Origin: Eledone cirrhosa
Lineage: Eukaryota
Reading direction: 5' to 3'
DNA length: 64,000 bases
NCBI GenBank assembly: GCA_964016885.1
Contig: OZ024740.1
Coordinates: 182,094,001 to 182,158,000 of the forward strand
Under the pieces are notes generated by a model that saw only the letters and a list, made by a program, of their open reading frames with translations, was not told the origin of the DNA and did no database searches. A program made the translations under genes and the position numbers. Shown here one piece after another: positions 47,774 through 60,320 of this stretch (its first letter is position 1; every line of letters starts with the position of its first letter).

Positions 47774-50470
47774 AGAACTACCAGTCAGACCTTATAGCAC
47801 CATCTAAATCAGACTTAGGCATAATTAGCAAACATATATTAGAGAGAATTATACCGCTACTTAAAGAGAAATCACATCTGAAACCATGGAACGGTACTAA
47901 CGAAGTTATAGATTGGTTCAACAACATAAAATTTAAACATAACAAAAAATTCATTCAAATAGATATTGCAAATTACTACTCTTCTATTACTCCTAGTTTA
48001 CTTAATAGGGCTCTTATATATACAGATTTATTTAGTGATGAAATGCATATAATTCTAACTGCACTGAAAACTTTAATTGAATTCAACAATCATCTCTGGA
48101 CAAGAGCCGATAGAAAAAATAATTTTTATATCAAAATGGGATCATCTGACACGGCGCAAATAACGATCTTGTGGGCTTATTTATTAATAATACACTGCAT
48201 AGAAAAATACCAAAGATGACTGGTGGTTTATATCGTGATGATATGCTACTTTTAATTGAAAATCATAGTAATTGTGAAATTAATAGGAAAATAAAATCCA
48301 TAATACAATTCTTCAATAATTATATTCTTTAAAGCACTAGACAAATGTTTTCCTAAAGCTCACAGATACCACTCAATTTTTAACAGACATACTATAAAAT
48401 TATCCTACTCTTCTACTATGAACATAGCACAAACTATAAATTAATTAATAATAGAACTTAAATTCACCAAAATAACCATAATAACAATAATAATATTTCT
48501 AGCAATATCCAACCTAATAGTACCGTTCCGAGCAACAACAACTCCGTAAAATGTAACTACAGAATCAAATCAAACTGCCCTTTACAAAATAAGTGTTTAG
48601 ATAAAAACATAGTTCATAAATGCACAGTTAAAACAAGTGATAATATATTTAACTATGTCGGTGCCACTTTTACAAAATTTAAAGATCGCTGGAATACACA
48701 CAATCACTCTTTTAGAAGATCAGATAAAAATCTTCTACTACCCTCTCACATCTTATATGGAACTTAAAAAGCAAGAATATAGACTTTTCAATATCTTGGA
48801 AAACGATTTCGAAAAATACCTGCGTACTATAAAACGGCTTTCTCAAGATTCTGTAAATTGTGTATTGAAGAAATCTTTTATATAATTAATTGTAAAAACT
48901 CTATTAATCTCAGGACAGATATATGTACTTCCTGCAGACCATCGCCAATATTCTACATTCAGAACTATACGTAACTATATGTAAATATTATAAGTATATT
49001 ATAATATATTTATAATATTCCTATTAATCTCCACAATGATCCTATCTGCTCTAACAACTAAATCATAATATCTCTAAAATTACTTATAATATATATGTAC
49101 GTGTGTATGTGTATAGATATTTATAGATATTTATGTACTTCTATATAATTCTAATTTTAATTTTAATTTTTTAATTTTTTCTTAATTCTTTATTTTTCCA
49201 ATGACACCCTCTAAAGCTAATTTTTAAATGTAGATTAATAACCGTTAACTGTTTTTAGCAAAATGTATCCTATTCAAGATGATGTTTAAACATTCATATT
49301 TCTTTAGACTAAATAATTAATTCCACACTAAGGATTAACAAAAAGATTTGAGTTATATTTCCTTTTTTAAATAATTAAAACCTTATCAATTTTAACTACC
49401 TATTTATTTACAGAAAATGCAAAATCAACTTCCTAGTAACTCATATTACGAACAACCACCTATAACTTGAACTACCTATTTATTTATTTATTTATTTATT
49501 TATAAACACAAAATTAACTTCATCGTAACTCATATTATAAACAAACTATCCTTTTAATAAAAATACATATGCTATTATTAAAATAAATATAGATATTTAT
49601 ATATTATTATAATAAGATAAATAATTCTCCATATAAATATATACATAGTATAGACAAATGTCTGAATATATTTCCCCCAAATTAACATTTAAGTGGTCTT
49701 CCTTTTCCTTCTTCTTTAACGATCTTTTGCTTGATAATCTATATAGCTTCGTTAAATAAACAATATTCTGAAAACATTCTCAATGTTGAACAAATTGTTT
49801 TGATTCCACAAATTATTCTAATCTCACAACTTGAAAATACAATTTCAACTCCTTCGTAACTCATATTTGATATATAAACAATCAATACATACGCAACATA
49901 TTAACATATATATAGATATATATATACATAGATATATGATATATATATATATATATTTATATACTATACAAATGTAATAATATAACCATAATTCTTCATA
50001 TAATCTAATTGATTATATATACAATATTATAACTCATAATATAGATAACAACCCTTTTCCCCCCAACTTAACATTATTCCTTTCTCTTCCTTCCTACGCA
50101 TACAATAGCTTATCATAATTATTTAAATTTTCCATAGCGTCTGAAATAACGTTTGTTCATCCCTTTAACATAAACCTCATTTGCATACGCATATTAATAA
50201 TTTGAAATATCTGTTTTCTCTCTTCCCTTCACTTTCCAGTCATAACTTGAACCGTTAAGATATATTGTCCTTGGTTATGTCAAATATATATAAAACATTT
50301 TGTATTTTATCTGATGATAGCGTACCGAAAGGTTGGTACCCTTGAAATATATATAATTTCCATTTATTTAAAATCATTGAATATTTACTCCAAAACTGTC
50401 GAGTGCTCTGAATCAGTTATAAACATTTATATTTGTTGTATTACCAACGAATTAAATATCCCTTGTACTT
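47774..50470 (+). mobile_element. Naiad-like Penelope element (RT + C-terminal GIY-YIG, long AT-rich 3' region), degenerate
   Basis: KSDLGIISKHILERI...WNGTNEVIDWFNNIK...FIQIDIANYYSSI; GLYRDDML; CFPKAHRYHSIFNRHTIKLSYS; NCPLQNKC; YVGAT; FKDRWNTH; CKLCIEE. Confidence 0.85.
50284..50352 (+). ncRNA. Candidate hammerhead ribozyme (type III-like) in the Naiad 3' end
   Basis: CTGATGA at 50311-50317, stem II gtacc/ggtac, GAAA at 50344-50347, stem III atatat/atatat, stem I taaaa/tttta. Confidence 0.5.
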
Positions 50471-50484
50471 ATATATATAACAAA

Positions 50485-50620
50485 TAGGATGTGGTAAGAT
50501 ACCAGGTGAACCATAACACATCACAGTACTCAATACTTAGGTTAGTAGAGTGGGTAATAGGGAAAGAGTCAGGACCTTGACGGCTGAGCTCAACTGGCAG
50601 GGTCCTGACTCTTTTCCTAT
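50485..50620 (+). repeat. Hairpin-ended repeat with 20-bp arms
   Basis: atagggaaagagtcaggacc (50557-50576) / ggtcctgactcttttcctat (50601-50620). Confidence 0.75.
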
Positions 50621-50894
50621 ATATATATATATATATATATATGTGTATATATATTTATCTTGACTCTGTTTTCCGTTAATTTTCACCGAAAATAGTTTTT
50701 GAATGCATCTTCTCTTTTCATGATATCCGGATTACATTGAGTTTTTCATACGGATTGGACACTACCGTAAATTTTTGGTAGATTTATCTACTATATATAT
50801 ATATATATGTATATATATGATAATAATGGCGCTGCGGCGCTGCAAATGGGTTACATATGAAAAAGTTTGTCCTCATCATATATGTCTATATATG

Positions 50895-50943
<49 letters not shown>

Positions 50944-50959
50944 AAGTTTGTCCTCATCA

Positions 50960-51350
50960 GTGGCCATCCAACCGTCGTAGGCATTTCGTCGCATTAAAGG
51001 CCATATACCTCAGGTTGGTGCGAGCAACGGCTAAAAAAAAGTCGTTGGGACACGTAAATAAAGGGGACGCTAGGGTAAACAAACAAAATGGTTTAAGCAG
51101 CAGAAAGTGATGAAGAAGGAAACAAGTCCCAGATTTCTATGAATATAAATTCGGTGGAATCGTGAACGAGAGAATAAAGACCATCAAGCCTGGTTGAAAT
51201 GTCAGCAAGGAAGGAATTTCGCACAGGTCTAACGGTAGGAAGAAGGGGTCTGGTCTGCGAATTCGGTAAACATAAGTTCTGTGAAGTCGCAGACGAGAGA
51301 GAGAGAAAAAATGTCCGTAATCCTTTTCTCGCGGGCACTTGGCCAACCAG
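50960..51350 (+). promoter_or_regulatory. CpG-retaining segment, possible promoter or first exon
   Basis: Many CpGs relative to the flanks. Ends in donor-like CAG|gtatga at 51350/51351. Confidence 0.25.
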
Positions 51351-53133
51351 GTATGAATATTTTTCCACAAACTTCATCAATAATACAGATTACATAAAGA
51401 AATTCTCCAGATATGAAAAATGACCATTTGTTAATGTTAACTTGTTGAAATTTCTCTCTTTTGTTTTGAAAGAAGAACAGCACAGCATGAGGTAAGCTTA
51501 TGGATGTATTGCATGCTTCCAGGTTTGATCACATTGTGCAGCATGTTGGCCACCTGTCCTCTCCCATAGCCTTGGATTGCATCAGGCTTTGTAAAACTGG
51601 GTTGATGAGAACTGTGAAGAAGACTGTTCCTCTTCTTAGGAGTTTTAGCACCACCCACTGCATGAATTGGCAACAAATTTTCCTCTGATGAAGTAATTTG
51701 ATGTATCTTTCTAGCTCTCTATGCTATGAGTTCTATTTTGATTTTCTTTCTTTCAGTATCGATAAATAAACTACCAACCTAAGGTAGGATATTGATGAAA
51801 ATATTAAAGCATTGGTTAAGATAGATTTCGGTATCTGTTCCACTTCTCTGCATTTTGAATTTAAATCCCACCTTTTGTCACTAGAAAAATAGTGACATGA
51901 TAGGACTGAGACCTATATCATTAAAGCGCTTAAGAAATATCCTATAAGATTTCAATCCCAAAAGTGGCAAGCTAAACCTATGCAGATATGAGGTGTAAAG
52001 GCAACCATTTAGACTTTTGGTGCTTATAGTTAACTCCACTTTGTTGCAAGCAATCAAACTAAATGTTTGATTTGAGGATAACTCAATGTCATAGTGAACA
52101 GTTTCCCTCTCTACAGCAGTCCATTCATCCTTGCTTGTTTCCCCACTTTGGATGCCATGCAAGAGTCAGTGCTGAAGATTTTCTTCTCACTAAGCCATAT
52201 GAAAAAGATAAAACAAAGCATACATAACATGGTGATCTTGATTCCCCTTGATTACCCCTATGCATCATCTACAAACAAAGTTTTCCTTTTCTGTCACTAC
52301 ACCTTGTGTACCCAAGATTTACATTGAGAAACATTGAATTTCATTACTCTCATTTCTCTTCTATATGTTGCTATTTCTCTCTTTGCTTTGAATGCTGGAG
52401 ATGAACAAGATAAAAGAAAATAGTCCTTAAGCATAGTAGTTTAGCTAGATTTATGTTTCTCTTTTATAAGTTCAAAATCTATTTTTTCACTTTGCTTTTG
52501 ATCCTACTTATCTTATAACATAAGTAAAATAGGATTTGCAGTGTGTGTTTTGAAAGAAATTAACATTTAGTATACACACAACTGCTGGATATTTCTTATT
52601 AAATTTAAGTCAGAGTACACAGAATATCTATTTCTATTATTAAAACTAGCATTTGTAGTTAAACAATGAGAGCTATGTATCTAAACTGTATCCATACCTA
52701 CCCAATATGAACAAATTCCACATATATTTTCAGTGCTTCATAAGTGTTTTGTTATTGTGCTCAGCTAGGATTCCAGCAGCACAGATTTCAATTACTGCCA
52801 GAAGTGATGAGGTATTTTCATGTCTGCAGCCAGCATTTTGTGATGTTTCTCTATATTAATTCTTCCTGCCATGTGTATGCAACATGGCTGAATGGCTAAA
52901 GTTTCAATTTCACAATCATTAGGATTTGGGTTCCATTCAATTGTATGGCATCTTGACAAAGTGTCATTTAGTTGAAAGTAACATTTTGGAAGCTCATCTG
53001 ATGAAATATATTTCTAATTCAAAAAGAAATACGGTAATTGCCAACATGAACCCTAATTATAAGCAAATTAGTATCACCAATTTAGAATAATACTAAGAGC
53101 AAATTGGTATATATATGCATCAATATATGTTAT

Positions 53134-53182
53134 ACACCTTCTGATGAGCATCCAATTAGATCTGAAAATCGATTAAAGGTGT
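53134..53182 (+). ncRNA. Minimal type I hammerhead ribozyme (Penelope-type)
   Basis: Stem I acacctt/aaggtgt (7 bp), CTGATGA, weak stem II atc/gat, GAAA, palindromic stem/loop III AATCGATT, UA cleavage site. Confidence 0.75.
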
Positions 53183-56091
53183 TTATCATTATTTCAATTT
53201 ACAGTGAAATTCGTATTTTATGGCAAATTAAAACATGTGTATATTTATATGGATATCACTTTATCATACACTTCAGCTGCTAGCATACGTTTTAATATAT
53301 ATATATATATATACAAACATTTACAACAGTGGCATATGCAGATACTTAAGTAATGGCTACTTCCAGCTTTATATATATATATATCATCACCATTATCAAC
53401 AGTTCACATCCAATTTCCATGCTGGCATGGGTTGGGTAGGTCATCACAGTCTGAGACAAGAAGTGTTGAAAAATCATATTCTGTTTATATGTTCCAATTC
53501 TGGCTTGATTTCTATGGGTGAGAGTAACGAGATACTCACTGCCTGACATTGTCCCCAATCATTCATGGCATATGACTAGGAGTATTAGTAAATAATGAAA
53601 TGTGTCAGCATAGTGGAATAAATAGAAGGAATTAGCGTGAGATCATGGCAAGTGGATGTAACAAGAAAGAGCCTCTGTTGGAGGGAGTAATAGTGGAGTA
53701 ATCATAGTAGGTGAAGTGTGTGGAAGTATGATGGAAAAGATAGAACTAGATGGAGTATTGGTAGCTATATTTTTGTTGGTGAAGGATAGAGATACGAATG
53801 TTAATGACGATTGTTCTTAGAGAAAGGGAGTGATGTCAAGTAACATAGAGATGGTCTGGGTAAGATGTATGGGGTATAAATAGATGGAATGGATCTCTCA
53901 TATGTAACCATGATTTCAGGGAAGAAAAATGGACTTGAAAGGTTAATAAAGGTAGTTATTATTATTGGATGGTATGTTGGTGTAAGTATGAGAGTGGCTC
54001 AGTGGTTATTGGGTAAGGTGTTGAATATATTCAATACCATCCCCATGTTGTGTGGGCAGTATGTTACAGTTGATATGGGGAATAATGAAGTGAGTGGGAA
54101 GAATTAAGAGGGACATATTGGGTGGAAAACTCAACCTTCCAACCACCAGCATTGCCATTATTTCAATATTCCTATTGTCAGACAGCAGTTTGAACCCAGA
54201 ACCTCATTATTGAGAAGTAAACCTTTTAACCATTCACCCAAACAATGTCCACATATAACTGGAAGTATGTATAGTCCTAAGGGTATTGTACCAGCACCAT
54301 ATTGACACACAGCATTTCTATGTCATTTTTAAACCTGGCTAAGCCCATCTCCTCTCCTGGTCTAGATACAGCAGATATTTTTCAGAAAAGGATAGAAAAT
54401 GAGAGAGAGTAAGCAAGAAAGAGATACAGTGGAAGAACCAACACCAGTACGAAACTGGTATTTTTATATCGACTTCAAAAGGATGAAAGTCAAAGTTGAC
54501 CTCAGTGTGATTTGAACTCAGAGAGCAGAGAGCCAAAATGAATACTGCAAAGAATTCTATCCAACATTCTAATGGCCCTTCCAATTTGCCACATACATGA
54601 AAGTATATGCTATTGTAAAATAAAATATAAAACACAACACTAGTAAAGTTTCAATCTGAACAGATCAAATTAGAAATTGATTGCAGACATTCAGTCAAAG
54701 TAGCATAAAATCTGCTACTTTATTGTCATCTTCAACCCTTCCTCCTAACATTTGAAATTTGGAGTAAAACAAAACATTAACTCTTAATGTCCTGCACCAC
54801 ATTAAATGGCATTACCAAGACATTCTTGAAAGTATGAAACATCACTATAATTGCATTACATTAAACATTTAAATCATCTATCTAATACTGCAAATGTTCA
54901 CAAACATTTTCTGTCCAATAGGGAAGATATTATAAACATTTGAATTAAGAAACATGTTTTAAGATATCTTCTGCTAAATCGATAGAGGATATTAAGAGTT
55001 AACACTGATTATATATTCATATGTGTTTGACTACACTTTGAACCATTAGAAATACTATAACAAAACACTTTTCTTTTAACATAATCATGCAGGCTAGCAA
55101 TACTAACACAATTTATATCACAATTTATTATATAAAATTTGTTTTTGAATGACATACAACTTAGCACAATTTTGATTTAAGTTTTAATAAAAATTCAAGT
55201 TTCTCCCACCTCTTCAAATTCATTTTTCATGAAAAGATCTTTTTATGAATTTTAAATTTAAATCTCGCTTTAAAAAAGACTGATAAAATAAAACAAAAAA
55301 GGTTAGTTGAATTGAAATTACAAGCCATGAATACTACTCACGTAAGACAGAACTAGTTTCCAGTTGTGTATGTCTGCTATAAGTGCCAACATTTAACTCA
55401 CTGAATATAAATCTTAGCTACAATCAATATTCTTGTATTATTAGAGGTTGTTAAGATTTCATGCCCTCAGCTGACACCTATTTCTCAAGTACCATCTCAA
55501 TCTTTTGCCAGACCCATGAATTATTAACTGCTAAGTTCTTGACTTGCTAGATTATTCAAGCATTTTCCTATAGCTTCAGGTGTGTCATAAACAAGAATTA
55601 GAGCATTTCTTAACTGTAGTTTAATATCTTATTAATATTTCCCAAATAAATTTGGCATGAATTATCATTCAATAACTTTTCCAATCTCAGATTAATAGAA
55701 GTTAAAACCTTTTTACATTATTTAGTAGTCTATAATGAAATTATCTTTGCATTGATTGATGAAAGAATTGTTCTGCTTCCTCTATTCAGTAGTAGGTTTA
55801 CTGGATTGCAAACTTCCAGGAATTAAAGAAAGTTTCTGCTGTAAGGAAACAATAACAAAATGCTTTGCTATATTTTATCTGGCACTTTGTACACTGAGTT
55901 CGAATTTCACAGAAATCAAATTTACCTTTCATCCTTTCAAGCTTCATAAAATAATATACTAATCCGAGACATAGAGTTGACAGAATTAGAAGATATTTAG
56001 ATGAGATGCTTTTCACTATTTGTTCTGGCTCTTAGCATTCTGAATTTAAATCCCATTATTGTGTTCTACTAAAGCAAATGTAATCCATCAC

Positions 56092-56246
56092 CTGGTTTAA
56101 TACCACCAGCTGGTCCTTGGCTGCCATTAGTGCAGTAGTCTTTTTCAAGCCTTCAGATGAAGTTTCTAGATTAAGAATATATTTCTTTCTCTCAGCAGTC
56201 ATGGAGGCTCTGAAAATGTTTGTAAGCCCTGTCATTGCCATCTTGG
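56092..56246 (-). CDS. Putative host-gene coding exon, product unknown (MAMTGLTNIFRASMTAERKKYILNLETSSEGLKKTTALMAAKDQLVVLNQ)
   Basis: Polypyrimidine tract + tttag acceptor at 56247-56248, only one open frame, ccaagATGG at 56241, CAG|gtgatg donor at phase 0. No transposon motif recognised. Confidence 0.5.
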
Positions 56247-56652
56247 CTAAACAGTAAAAATAAAACAGAAAGCATACTAATTATATTGTATAGATATTAT
56301 GAAACAAAAAAGAGAGTAGGCACACTCTCCCTGGCAGGATTCTTGCCAAGTGTCTATCACTTGATGCCTGACTATATACATAGTAGATTGCTATCTATAG
56401 AGTAGTATTGTAAGTGATTATTATTTTAATTGTTTCAGCAACTATGGGAGAAAATACTGATACATTTTTTATCTTAGTATAACTACATCAGTGAAGTACA
56501 TACTTCACCATACAAGTCAATATAGTGATAGAATAATCCCTAAATGAACAATTGGTTTAACATAAATGTTTTGGCTGTAAATTAAAAGCTCACCTCAAAG
56601 TTTGTTTTTTGCTGCCATTTTTCAAGAGCCTCCATTGGATTGGAAACATGAT

Positions 56653-56787
56653 CAGGGCCATATTTAGACCTTTGGGGGCCTGGGGCAATTCAGATTTGGT
56701 GGCCCAGGACTGTTTCTAGAGGGGGCTCCTTTTGAACAGGGGTGCCCAGGGCATTCTCCCCTCTATCGCTCATTAAATCCAGCCCCC
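56653..56787. mobile_element. GC-rich hAT-type MITE
   Basis: cagggccatattta ... taaatccagcccc imperfect TIRs with gggcc/ggccc-rich interior. Confidence 0.5.
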
Positions 56788-57893
56788 AAACAAACCAGTT
56801 CATGACAGGAATATGTTCTTGTTGTTTAGCTTCAGATTAATGTGGATGTGCTATGATAAAATATGTGTCTGCTGTGACCATTCCATCTTGTAATTGTAAT
56901 CTATTGACAGCAACATTATTTAATGTTTCCTTTTCTAACATAGTAAGTAGTGATTTGAGGGTGGGAGAGAAGATTGGCTTTTATTTTTAGGGGGTTGAGT
57001 CAGATACGTTAATATTACCAGTGGTTTAGGTGTAGTTAACCAGATAAATTCACCACATTGGAAAATAGTATTCTTTATTATGTCCTAATAACAGTTAACA
57101 GTCTAACAATCCATGGCTGTTAACATAAACTTCCAGTCAAACACTGGTGTTGATATAATTGACTTTTCCCTTCATACAAATTTCCGGCCTTGTGCTTAAT
57201 TTAAAATTATTATTTACAGTACAGTGTATAATTTTTCTAAACAATGTTTTCATAGAGCCCATTGACCTTATTTCAAAGAGACAGTCTATTTAACTGGCGA
57301 GCTGCATATATTTTGATTGATCTACACCACGCCTAATTGTTGTTGAATGATAGTTAACATAGCTGAATCTGAGTAAAGGCGCTTATTTGGCATACAAAAA
57401 TCAGAAGCTCTCTTCTGCGCTAAATGATTGTTAGCTATTTGATCTTTCACTAATAATATAAAATCAATTGGCTTTTTATTGTCTTTTGCTATAAATGCTC
57501 TTTACTCCAACATTAGACTATAAAATATGGGTAAAAATACTCTTTGAAATTTGCTTTTAGATGAATGTCTTCATGTTTTAAATTTTATACTGTTCTTTGC
57601 TAGCATGATAGGTAAAAGCTCTGCATGTACATAATTTAGCAATTATATTTTGTTATTTTTGTTGTTCATAGCTTCTTTCTTTTCTTGTTTGGTGGTGGCT
57701 GTGATTTTAATATATTCTGCGATATTACTTCATATTTTGTTTACACAATATGCATCAGTTATGTGTATTGTTCATATTAATATTAATAAATATTTTGGTG
57801 GTGGCTAGCTATGTTATTGTTTTTCTTTCAAAAGTTATCCTTTGTATTATAATTCTGTGTAGTTGCAATGTGTATGTGCATTCTACATTGGTG

Positions 57894-57931
<38 letters not shown>

Positions 57932-58529
57932 ATGATATGTAAGCATGGAAAACAGATGTTAAACAGAGATGATGATGGCAGTGATATAGTCAAGGGGGTT
58001 ATATTTGCAAATATTTGTAAGTACAAAATAACTTTACGAACAAAGTGAAAAGAATTCAATACCTGGGACAGAGTAAATTTATTCTGTATATTAGTTCACA
58101 CCATATGACATTACATTAAACAGATGAAGATGGTTGGTAGAGCAATCATCTCAGGCTAAGGATAAGAGTGACATCATGAATATTAATTCCACAGAAACTG
58201 CATCAGTTGTCATATCTTAGGTCTTTTACCTGCATCCTTATGCTTTTGTAAATCAGGTATTTCATTATTTCTTGTTTGTGGATTGAAAAAGTATACCCTC
58301 AAAAGAGAAGGCTAATATTGACTGTGTATGTCCAAGATTGATTACTTTGATTATCTATGTTACTGTCACATTGAGTATGCCTGACAATTTAACCATGCAT
58401 GAGTTGTTACTCATGTGCATACATTTCATCTGATGAACTGCTTGAGTAAAGTTGTGTAACTTCTTTGGTTATTAGTTAGAGAAAATTTCTGAGGAAATCC
58501 TTCCCAACTTACATGGCATTATTTATCTC

Positions 58530-59290
58530 AAGGGCGGTGGATTGGCAGTATCAGTAGAGAGTCAGACGCCATGCTTTCCAGCATAGTTACGTCCCTTTAC
58601 GGTCTGAGTTCAAATCCCGCCGAGGCTAACTTTGCCTTTCATCCTTACGGGGTCGATAAAATAAAGTACTAGTAATGTACTGGGTAATTGCTGGCCTTGT
58701 GCCAAAAGTAGAAACAATTATTTTCCAGCATAGTTACGTCCCTTTACGATCTGAGTTCAATTCCCGCCGAGGTTAACTTTGCCTTTCATCCTTACGGGGT
58801 CGATAAAATAAAGTACCAGTAATGTACTGGGATAATTGCTGGCCTTGTGTCAAAAAGTAGAAACAATTATTTATCTAATGGTGGATTGGCAGTAAATAGG
58901 TGGTGGATTGGCAGTAACTGTAGAGGGTCAGCTACCATGCTTTGACGCATAGAGTTACGGCCCTTGCCATTCTGAGTTCAAATCCCACCGAGGTTAACTT
59001 TGCCTTTCATCCTTACGGGGTCGATAAAATAAAGTACCAGTAATGTACTGTATAATTGCTGGCCTTGTGTCAAAAGAAGAAAAAATGATTTATCTCATGG
59101 TATTATTAACCTCAAGTGTGAAGAATTGGTAGTATCATTAGAGCATCGGACACCATGCTTTGTGACATAGTTATGGCTCTTTACTTTCTAAGTTCAAATC
59201 TCAATGAGATTAGCTTTGACTGGCAGCGATTCAATCAACTTTCTCCTCCCCAAAATTGTTGGCCTTGTGCCTAAATAAGAAACCATTATT
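58530..59290 (+). mobile_element. Tandem array of four Deu/Nin-like tRNA-derived SINE units
   Basis: Units at ~58530, 58722 (headless), 58876 and 59115. The first three carry gagttcaaWtcc-gaggYtaactttgcctttcatccttacggggtcgataaaataaagtac; the fourth is more decayed. Confidence 0.85.
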
Positions 59291-59569
59291 TACTTCATGC
59301 AGGGAGTTTTGATCCATGGATGCACATTAACAGTTGGTGTTTAGTGTAAACTACCAAAGGTATATGATGGAACATTCAAAAGCTGTCACAAAAAGTGTCA
59401 AACATGTTTGTTTGAGTAACGACAGTATGTATGTATGTACACACACATACACATATATGTACATTCACATACATATATAAATGTGTATATACATACATAC
59501 ATATACATATATATATATATAAATATATATATATAAATATATATGTAAAGTTATATTTAAAATTGTTGG

Positions 59570-60101
59570 GTTACAACTAGTAAATATTTATAACTGATAT
59601 AAAAGCACTCGACAAATATTTGGAGTATATTTACAATATTAAATAAATGGAAAACTATATTTATAAAACCATATTTATTTCATTATATATATTTCGGGGA
59701 TATCATATTAACAATATGCTATGCCTTCATCAGACAAAATACAATATAAACAGTTTTATAGATAAATATATTCGACATACCGTAATAAACATCAACTTCA
59801 TTTGAAGAGGTTTACGCTAGCAGTGAAAATACAGAGAGAAAGAAAGAGAGAAAGAAAAGAGGGAAAAACGAAAGAAAGAAAGACAAAACGAAGAAAAGGA
59901 AGAAAAAGAAGAAAAAGAAAAAGAAGAAATGCATGGAACAAAATAGAGAGATGGAAAAATAGATAAAGTGAAGAGCTTCATGTAAAGAGACAGAAAGATA
60001 TATATATATATAGAGAGAGAGGAAATAGAGATAGATACATATATATATATAGAAAATTAGGTAGTGGGAGGTCATTTTGAGTAAGTGTATCAATGATACA
60101 T

Positions 60102-60144
<43 letters not shown>

Positions 60145-60318
60145 GCTCAAGTATTAATGTAAGGGAGATATATAGAGAGATATAGAGAGATATAGAGAGA
60201 GAAAAAAATTTAAAAATATCCAGACATATTCGAGGCGTAGAAAACCCTATGTTTTAATGTATTAGTATTTAATGTATTAGTATTTAATGTATTAGTATTT
60301 AATGTATTAGTATTTATA
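59570..60318 (-). mobile_element. Inverted 3'-end copy of the second Naiad-like element
   Basis: 59635-60318 is the reverse complement of 61628-62266 apart from one mismatch seen and three extra 15-mers. Confidence 0.9.
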
Positions 60319-60320
60319 TC

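Noticed and set aside
47774-48960. Selenocysteine recoding, reported for some Naiad elements
   Set aside because: No in-frame TGA at Cys positions that I could read, and no convincing SECIS by eye.
50855-50960. 24-bp direct repeat atatgaaaaagtttgtcctcatca around (TA)n
   Set aside because: Explained by local slippage duplication next to a microsatellite.
51437-52330. Minus-strand ORFs (79 aa, 93 aa) as host exons
   Set aside because: Other frames give RTE-like remnants (e.g. WERTGGQ) and there is no clean splice pattern; more likely a decayed LINE.
52995-53035. Other CTGATGA matches (also 13338, 51685, 58430)
   Set aside because: No paired stem II plus GAAA plus UH arrangement.
58530-58625. 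tRNA gene
   Set aside because: A/B boxes are present but continue into a SINE body, and no full cloverleaf is evident.
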